From the human T2T-CHM13v2.0 reference genome, Homo sapiens, in the NCBI RefSeq assembly GCF_009914755.1, contig NC_060929.1: a stretch of DNA of 64,000 nucleotides; one strand, 5' to 3'. The notes beneath the pieces are model-generated. The model saw only the letters and a list, made by a program, of their open reading frames with translations, searched no databases and was not told where the DNA came from. The translations under genes and the position numbers were made by a program. This document shows, piece after piece, positions 53,609 to 64,000 of this stretch (positions within the stretch are counted from its first letter, which is position 1; every line of letters starts with the position of its first letter).

Positions 53609-54724
53609 AATACATACATATATGGCTATTCAGATATTCTTATATATGTTTTATATATATATGGCTATTCAGATATTCCTCTTCTTTTTGTGTCAATTTT
53701 GGTAACTGTTATCTTTAAGAAATTAATTCATTTCCCTTACCTTGTCAATTTCATTGGTTTAAACTTGTTTATAATATTACCTTATTATACTATAATACCT
53801 ATAAGAATAATATTTTGTCTCTTATTTCTAATATTTTTAGTTTGTGTCTATTTTTCTTAGATAAGCTAAAGTTTTATCAGTTATTTGATCTTTTCAAATA
53901 ACCAACTCTTGGTGTTAATGATTATCCCTATTGTTAATTTACTTCTATTTAACTGACTTCTGCCCTTTATTAGTTTCTTGCTTCTATTTACATTGGGTTT
54001 ATATTTATTTTTTCTACCATTTTAAGGTAGAAACTTAGATCATGAACTTCATTGCTTTCTTCTTTGCTAATGTGACAATTTAAAGCTATAGGATTCCCTC
54101 TAACCACTGCTTTAGTTTTATTCCACAATATATTCTTAGTTCAAAAGATTTTCATATTAGCACCATGATTTCTACTTTGATTCATGAGTTACTTATAAAT
54201 GGATTGTTTAATTTCCAAATTTTTTTAGTTTTTAAAATAGATATATTGTTACTGATTTTTAGTTTAAATCTGTTCTGATAAGAGAATATATTCAGTGTAA
54301 TTTCAATTTTGAGACCTCTTTTATAACTTATGGCATCTATTGACCAATGACCCGTTTATACTTGAAAAAATTTGTGTTCTATTAATACAATTGCTGAGTA
54401 CAATCTCTAAATATCAATTAGTTTTATTTGGTTCTAGTCTTCTATATTCTTACTGATACTCATCTTTTTTTCAGTTAAGTATTGAAATTTTCAACTAAAA
54501 TTGTGGATTTTTCTGTCTCTTTTCAATTATGTCAGTTTTGCTTCATGCATTTTGATACTTTAGCATACACTTAGGATTGTTAAGTCTACTCAACAAATGT
54601 TATGTCATTTTAAAATTTAAATTTAATTAATTTTAATGTAAATGACCTTTAAAAACATGTCTTTTTTTAAATCTCAAAATATTTCTTGCCCTTGTCCATG
54701 GTATCCATTAATAATATGGCCATT

Positions 54725-55020
<296 letters not shown>

Positions 55021-56528
55021 TCATTAAATCCATTTTTTTTAATATTTAGTGTTGCATGCTACATCTTTTTCCATTCTTTTATTTTAACCAATGTATTTTT
55101 AAAGCTCTTTGAATACTGTGAGATTTTTCGTTTTCTTTAGCCTGACAATCTCTCTTTTAACCAATGTCCTTAGTCCACTTAAACATAATATAATTTTGGC
55201 CATACTGAATTTGTTTTCTATTTGTTCCATCTCTTCTTAATTCCTTTGTGTCTTTTTCTCTGGCTTCTGTTGGACTGAGTACACTTTTTACTATTCCAGT
55301 GTCTTCTTTACTTGCTTATTAGCTATAATTCTTGCTTTATATTTTTAATGGATTGTCTAGCATTTACAGTATGTATTTTTAACTTATTACAGCCTCCTTA
55401 CAAATTATTTATACCACTTTATATATAATGTAAGCTCCTTAAAACAGTATACTCCTCTTTTTCCTTCCTTTTTGCTATTATGCATCTTACTTTCACATTT
55501 CCTATTATCAGTTTAATTCTACATATATTTTAAACACCAAAATACATTGTAATCATTTTGCCTCAGTTAATTATACTAAAAATAATATCGATACTTTTTT
55601 ATACATTTACCACTATCAGCTTCCTTCCTTCCTTCACATAGACACCACTTTCCATCTTGAACCATTTTATTTCAGCCTGAAGAGCATTCTTTAATTTTTT
55701 TAATAGAGTAAGTCTCCTGACATTTCTCAAATTTTGTTTGTCTGAATATATTTTTACTTTGCCTTCATCTCTGAAGGATATTTTCACTGGATATAGAATT
55801 CGAGATTTTTTTGTTTGCTTTGTTTTCTTTCTCTGAATGTGATATTTTATCATCTTCTGGCTTGTATTAGTTCTGATGGTATATCCAGTGAATTGTTAAA
55901 TCTTTTACCCCTGTTTTAACGTGCTTTTTTCTCTCTAGGCACTTTCAAGATTGTTATTCCCTATTATTGGATTCCAGCAGTTTGATTATAATGTACCTTG
56001 TATGGCTTTCTTTATGCTTATTTGGCTTAGATTTCATTGCATTTTTTAGATTTGTTTATGTTTGTAGACTGTATCAAATTTGGAAATAATTTTGAGCACA
56101 ATGTCTTCAAATAATTTGTATGCCCCCACCCGTATTTCTGGAATTCTAGTTACACATACGTTACTCTACCAGGTATTTCCCATGGGACAGTTATGGTCTG
56201 TTCATTTTTTTAGCCTATTTTCTTTTTAGAATCCAGTCAGTTTCTATTATATTAGCTTTCCTTCAAGTTCACAGACTTCTTTTGCAATATCTAAAGTGTT
56301 TGTAAATCAGTTCAGTGAATTTGTCATTACAGATATTATGTATATTTTTCTATTCTGTGACTTTATCATTACAGTTATTATATATATTTTTTCTATTTCT
56401 ATTTTACATATTTTATTCTGTGAAATTTGATTTTTCATAGTTTCCATTACTCTTCAATATTACATATTTTTCTTTGAATTATTGTGCATACTGAACATAC
56501 TTACAATAGCTCTTCAAAAGTCTTGGTC

Positions 56529-56836
56529 AGCTGGGCACAGTGGCTCACACCTGTAATCCCAGCCCTTTGGGAGGGCAAGGCAGGCAGATCACTTGAGGTC
56601 AGGAGTTCAGCCTGACCAACATGGTAATACCTCGTCTCTACTAAAAATACAAAAATTAGCTGGGCATGTGGCAAGCACCAGTAATTCTAGCTACTCAGGA
56701 GGCTGAGGCAGGAGAATTGCTTGAACCCATGAGGCAGAGGTTGCAATGACCTCTGCAATGAGATGGCGCCACTGCACTCCAATCTGGGTGACAGAGTGAG
56801 ACTCCATCTCAGAAAAAATAATAATAATAAAAAAAA
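56529..56836 (+). mobile_element. AluS
   Basis: Dimer with (aat)n tail; TSD aaaag(t/c)cttggtc at 56516-56528 and 56833-56845. Confidence 0.9.
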
Positions 56837-57969
56837 GCCTTGGTCTACAAATTCTGTCATCTCTATTATTCCTGGACCTCTTTTTATTGGCTGATTTTTC
56901 CACTGATTATGATAGGTTGCAATCCCTGACTTTTTCCCATACCTAGTACTTTTTGGTTGGATGCTGGATATTATGAATGTGACATTGCTGAATGACTGTA
57001 TTTTGTTATTTACTATTGAGTATTGAGTTTCATTTTGCTGGACAGTTAACTTACTTGCAGATCAGCTTAACTTCTTGAGGCTTTTTAAAAGCTTTGTCAG
57101 TATGCAACTAAAGTAACCTTTGTTCTAGGATTAGTTTAACTTTATTTCTTATATGTAGCCTTTTTTTGTTCTCCACTAAAGACTTCAGCTGCTTTAGCCA
57201 ATTTGAACTCCGTTCTCTGTGTCCTCAACTCACTGAAGCCCTCGCCCTCATCATCTGTCCTCTGTGTGGGTTCTACCTCCCAGTCAGGGGGTCTGGTAAA
57301 TATTTTCAAGCAGAAAGCCAAGCAGTTTTAGAGATCAAATCATTTGGTCTTCTCTTAGGGATCGCAGTTCTCTGTTATTTAACCAACATCTGAGAACAGC
57401 TGTTTCATACATTGTCTAATTTTCTAGTTATTTACCATAGGAGAGCTAATACAGTTTTAGTTATTCAATCATGGTGAAGAGTATGATTTCTAAAAGCACA
57501 TTTTTTAAATTAACAAATTAAAAACAAAAAGCAAGAAACATATATACCTAAAGTATTGATTCTTTATGTGAGGCTGCTATTAAATGGTGTGGATTTGAAG
57601 GTACATGTGTGAGTGCCATTTTCTGGAGAATGCTGAATGTCAAAAATACCAATTGAATCTAAATGTACTCTAGTGATCCCCAGGATTTGTAAAGGCATTT
57701 TAATTAGAGATTTTCTGAAAATATTTCTTTACATTGTGCCCTAAAAATGTACTGAATACAGGAGAAAAAAATGGAATTGTACCGACCTTAGTACATATCT
57801 AGGCCAAAAAGATTCCTCAAAATACTTAATAGACTTTAATGAAAAACAAGGAAATAATTTACCTTTTAGGAAAAATCATTAATTATTTTATCAATTTAGC
57901 ATGATCAAAATTAAAAAATTATAAAGTTCAATAGGAATAAAATAATAGATCTTTAAGAAAAGTAGATTG

Positions 57970-58266
57970 GGCCCAGCACAGTGGCTTACGCCTGTAATCA
58001 CAGCACTTTGGAAGGCCAAGGTGGGGAGATCACCTGAGGTCAGGAGTTCCAGACCAGCCTGGCCAACATGACAAAACGCTGTTTCTACTAAAAATACACA
58101 AATTAGCTGGGGATGGTGGTGGCAGCCTGTAATCCCAGCTACTCGGGATGCTGAGGCAGGGGGAATTGCTTGAATCTGGGAGGCAGAAGTTGCAGTGAGC
58201 TGAGATCGGGCCACTGCACTCCAGCCTGGGTGACAGAGTGAGACTCCGTCTCAAAAAAAAAAAAAA
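57970..58266 (+). mobile_element. AluSx-like
   Basis: Full dimer with A-tail. Confidence 0.92.
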
Positions 58267-58360
58267 GTTAACTTCTGATATTGCTCCTCAACTATGTTCT
58301 TTTGACAGTTTTTACCATTTCATTATTTGCCATCATAACCCATCTGTTTTCTCATCCTAG

Positions 58361-58886
<526 letters not shown>

Positions 58887-60539
58887 CGTTACATTTTTTT
58901 CTTAGGAAAACTCAAATACTAACAAGGCCTCTCTGGTCTGGCTAGTCCTCATTTCTCCAGCCTCCCTTCATAATCTGCTTCAGCATGTTTGACTTCATGC
59001 ACATGGGTCTCCTGGTCCTGGTCAAGCTGCGATGAGCTTTAAGACCTTTCCATGTATGGCTCCCTTAGTCTAGAATGCCCTTTCCCTTATTTCCCTTCAC
59101 TAATTTTCTCAGTAAATAACATCCCTCAGAGGAGCCTCTTTCAACTCTGCCACGCAAGTGTCAGCATGTTGTAGTCAGTTGCCTACGTAACTTGTTTAAT
59201 GTCTGGCTCTGCAGTTAGAGTGTAAGTTCCATGAAGACAGAGAACATATACATGTTGTTCATTTTGGGGGTTCCAGAACTTTGAATGTTGCCTGAGTTAT
59301 GGTTGATACTAGATAAGTAATTATTCAATCATGATTTTATATTAGGTAAGAGAAATTTACTTTCAGTGCTGTGCTCAGAAATAAACACTCTCAGTCACTA
59401 TTATGGAAGTATAAATTGATGCAACCTCTAGGAAAATCAATTTGAAACTGTTTTTCAAAATCTTTAAATGTTCAATTTATTTATTATTGTAGTTCCAAAT
59501 CTGGATATTTAAGGGAAATATTCAGATATACACATAATTAGTATATAGCATATTTATTTAAACATTATTTACAAGATAAAAACTTGGAAATCTTCAAACA
59601 TCTAATACTTGGAGATTAGCCTAAATAACTAGCAGGATTTATTGGCTTAAGTTATCAAAATGTTTTCATGTAATTTTGACATAGCCTTCAATGAATCCTC
59701 ATGTACATGTCTTTAGGAAAGACAGTAAAGTTGTATGGAAGAGTCTAAAAGTTTAAATTAAACACTAAATCATTTGAAGGAAAATATTTTAAAAACTTAA
59801 TTTAAAATGGTAACCATGATGTCTCATTTCCGTGTCACTAATCTTATTTAAATTGTACACAGATTAGCTCAAAAAGAAAAAAAATTATGTAAACAGAATT
59901 ATTCTGTAAAATCCTATATAGATGATTGTTGCTTGTGGGTGAGAAATAACATTTATCTTCCATTCTTGTTCACAGCAAATCACAAACAGATGTTAAAAGG
60001 TCCTGGGTCTGTTTTTAAATCCAACATATTATCTTTGAATTGTTTTATAATGCATATAACCCTGCCATTTTGATCAGTTAATTAATGTCCTGCTTAATGA
60101 TCCTTCTTTAATCACATACTTTTCTGAATGGGCATAGGAGAGACAGAGCATGTATGAGATATAAAGCCAGTATTCACAATGCTCATAGGATCACTGGATA
60201 GACTAAATAGATACACATAGCCTGAATATAGTAATGTGTTAAAGAATAAATGATTAAGGACCAAAATAAGGAATATATACATCAAAGGTCCAAGGAGATT
60301 AGAGAAGGCAAAGATAAATATGGCTATATAGTTATGGACAATTTCAGGACAGGAGAGCTATGGCATCTGCCATGATTGCAGACTTTTCCTAAAAAGAGCT
60401 GCCTCAAGTTTTACATCAGGGAATGTTGATCCATTTGTTTGTAAATAAATGGACTAGTTTTAACAAAATAATTTGTAGTAGATGTTGATCAATGAAGCTG
60501 ACTTGTTAATACTCATTATATTTTTGAACCTCTTTATAG

Positions 60540-60697
60540 CTCTCCGAGATGCTGGCAAACAGTCTATTAATAGTGACTGGAAGATTGAACACTCTGGAGC
60601 CTTCAATTTGGCTGGAACTACCGTTCATTATGTAAGACGAGGCCTCTGGGAGAAGATCTCTGCCAAAGGTCCTACTACAGCACCTTTACATCTTCTG
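60540..60697 (+). CDS. ADAMTS19: ADAMTS19 exon: spacer ([53 protein letters not shown])
   Basis: tctttatag| acceptor and CTG|gtatga donor; 158 nt, phase 1-0; AGT...Y.R and GPT..PL motifs. Confidence 0.96.
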
Positions 60698-61141
60698 GTA
60701 TGAGGGAATGAATTGATAACATGGCATAATCAACTTCTCATGGCAAGGAATATTCCCAGTGCACTTCCTCTAATATTTTTCAGATTTGAATTGTCACACA
60801 GACATTTAAAATTATTTAAAAAGTGGAATTTTTAGAGGTTTTGTAAAATGTGTTTTAAATCATGTTGTCTAAAAACAGCAATTATTACAGGAGGAGCAAG
60901 ATGTTTTAGGGAATTTACAGATGCAAAGTACAGATGGATGACAGGGAATCCAAAGAAAACCCTTCTTCCTAAAAACATACATTTACTAACTGAAGAGGAT
61001 GTCTATGAAGAGAGTACTATAATATTGCATGCAAATCACAGCGTTTTATATATCCATGAATGGCCATTATCTGACTCTGCATAAAAACCTTAGATAAAAT
61101 GTTATTCTACCCGAGAGAAGGAATTTGATAAATACATGTTA

Positions 61142-61723
<582 letters not shown>

Positions 61724-61947
61724 CTATCCTAATGGCAAAAAGAAGTCTAAAATTCAGACACTGCAACACCTCCTTAAGTCCACATATAAAACAACTCTAA
61801 AACACGATCAATTAACTGTTTATTTGGAGTATGATGTGCTGCATTATTTAATATCTCCACATGATTTAAGATAAATTTGTCTTCAATTGGAGACATGTGT
61901 GTTGCTAGTCTAGAAGCCAGAGGTTCACATCATATATTGGCCTATTT

Positions 61948-62100
61948 GCTTCTACTACTTTAGTGTGCCTGCAGATTACCTGGGGTTCTTACTAAAATGC
62001 ATAGTCTGATTCATTTGATTTGGGGCAGGATCTAAAATCTGTATTTTTCACCACCTTCCACGTGATACTGCTGCTACTGGTCCACAAACCACATTTTAAA
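61948..62100. mobile_element. MER5-like hAT-Charlie MITE
   Basis: gattacctggggttcttactaaaatgca...gatactgctgctactggtccacaaaccacatttt. Confidence 0.7.
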
Positions 62101-62199
62101 TTACAAGGTTCTATATAACTGCAATTAATATGCTTTACCAACAGAAATAAAGGGAGCAAGGTGAGTGGTGTGTGTACCTTCTATTCCAAATCAGAATAA

Positions 62200-62430
62200 T
62201 AATAATATCCATCATTCTTGAGGACTAAGAATTAGACACTATCCAAAAGTGCTTTATGTTCATTATAGCATTTAATCCCCCAAATAATCCTGTGTAATAT
62301 ATATTATTATTACTCTAGTTTACAGATTAAAAAGAATTAAATATGAGAAAAGTTAATCAATGTGCTCAGTGTTGTCCAATAAGTTATTTAGCTGTAAAAA
62401 CCTAGGTATTAGTCACTCTTCTATGCTACC
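62200..62430 (-). mobile_element. MIR SINE
   Basis: aagtgctttatgttcattatagcatttaatccccaaataatcctgtg...tttacagat. Confidence 0.65.
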
Positions 62431-62448
62431 TCGCTGACACAGAGGTCC

Positions 62449-62485
62449 AAAGAACTTGGATCCAAAGCTTAGATCCAAGTTCTTT
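62449..62485. repeat. Perfect 14-bp inverted repeat with 9-nt loop
   Basis: aaagaacttggatc-caaagctta-gatccaagttcttt. Confidence 0.92.
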
Positions 62486-64000
62486 ATACCAAACTGCCTT
62501 AAATCAAAAATGTAAGTATACTTTGAATAATCATTTTGTGCATCACCTCACAGTCCCATTGGATCCTATTATTTAATTTCAGCTGGAAACCCTACTCTCT
62601 GCCTTATGCCATCTAGCGAGAGAAAATAAAATGAAGAAACAAATGTTATATGAACAATATCTGTTTCATTCCATGATTTGGTCACTTATAATAACAGTAT
62701 CAACAGCAAACATATGTTTAATGATTGTATTGCATAAAATGCCATTGTGTTCCCTGCCTTTAATAAATGTAACCTCCCCTGTTTTTATTTTATGGTATAA
62801 GACCAAGGCTTCTTTACTAAGCTTCAAATTCAGAATTTTAAAACACTATATGTGAGACCTTAGTGTTGGGTGGAGGGAGTTTCCTTGCTGCAGAATCCTT
62901 AATCTAACTGGTAATTACCAAGGTTTTTCCTGGAAGCATGAAGCATAATTAAACTCAGTGAACTATGTCTAAAAGAAGGCATCTATGTGACCTGGATTTA
63001 TTCAGTAATCCAAGGGAAACTGCACTTCTAAGATATTTTTTCTTTAATGACTATTACAGATTGAAGGACTGTACTGAATTTTTAAAGGCAATCCCTTCTG
63101 CTGCCATGCTTCAGCATGTGCCCCTCAACTGTAACATGGTCACACTTTCCTTTTTGCAAAGAATACTGCCAAATTCAAATGGTTTAAGAAAGAGCTAATG
63201 GTTTTGTAGCCAATGTCTCTGTTTTAAGTGGCATTAGATATTCAAGGACAATCTAAAGTTCTATCAATGAAAAGGTAGTTTATTAGGAAAAATAGACACA
63301 TTTTTATGTAATTAAATAAGTTGACAAATAGCTGGTATTTACATGTTCATCCCATTCATTTAAAAACTATGTATTAATAATAGTCTGGGTATAGTCGTAA
63401 GGTATATCATTTTTTAAAAACCCATTTAAACTGTCTGTCTTTAAACTCATTAGGCTGAAAGTCACTTATAATCAGCAACATCAAATGACATATTTAAGCC
63501 AAAATAAGTACTATGATAGAATTAGTACACTGTATGTGTTACGCATTTGTGAACTTAAAATTATTGTTTTTATTGATATAGTTATTTATAAAGTCGACAC
63601 ACTAGTCTCCCAATCCGCACATCAAAATACATCTTAGGCATTCTGTTGATATACTGAACAAAACTCTGAGAAAAAGAAGGAAAGAAAATATAATAAAAAT
63701 GTTCAGACACTTAAACCTAGGCCCATTTCAATTTTCCTATGGAATGTTAACTCTGCATTACCTATCATTACGACTACCTTGATGCAGGTAAAATACTAAA
63801 TAAAGTTCTTCAATAATTTATCATAATTTTAAAATTTGGGTACATATGTTTTTTAATGTATCATATTATATTATATAGATTGTTTCCATAGATCCTCAGA
63901 TCCATAGAAGTGATATATTCCATGGGATTGCTTGACACATTTTCTAAAAATAGATGTATAAAGAAATATATATATATACTCATTAACTCTTTCATTAAAA

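Overview
Human (primate) genomic DNA: an AT-rich, repeat-dense interior of a large + strand gene that I recognise as ADAMTS19. Nine coding exons (1396-1536, 2976-3126, 22625-22726, 28528-28658, 29561-29733, 35069-35196, 39390-39510, 46277-46357, 60540-60697; 1186 nt) have GT-AG boundaries and matching phases. They join into one open frame running from the third zinc-binding His and Met-turn of the metalloprotease domain through the disintegrin-like, TSR1 and Cys-rich domains into the spacer. The rest is intron filled with Alu, L1, L2, MIR, MaLR/ERVL LTRs, DNA-transposon MITEs, microsatellites and small duplications. Almost all ORFs in the supplied track are repeat-derived or spurious. I see no convincing novel gene system. 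The best leads are: a consensus-like AluYa5 insertion; several exons bracketed by inverted Alus; a twin-primed L1 that shares its 5' breakpoint with an adjacent, oppositely oriented L1; a multi-layer TE nest; competing splice sites; and a few candidate regulatory motifs and hairpins. Exon boundaries were counted by hand. Boundaries and subfamilies of old repeats are approximate, by-eye calls.
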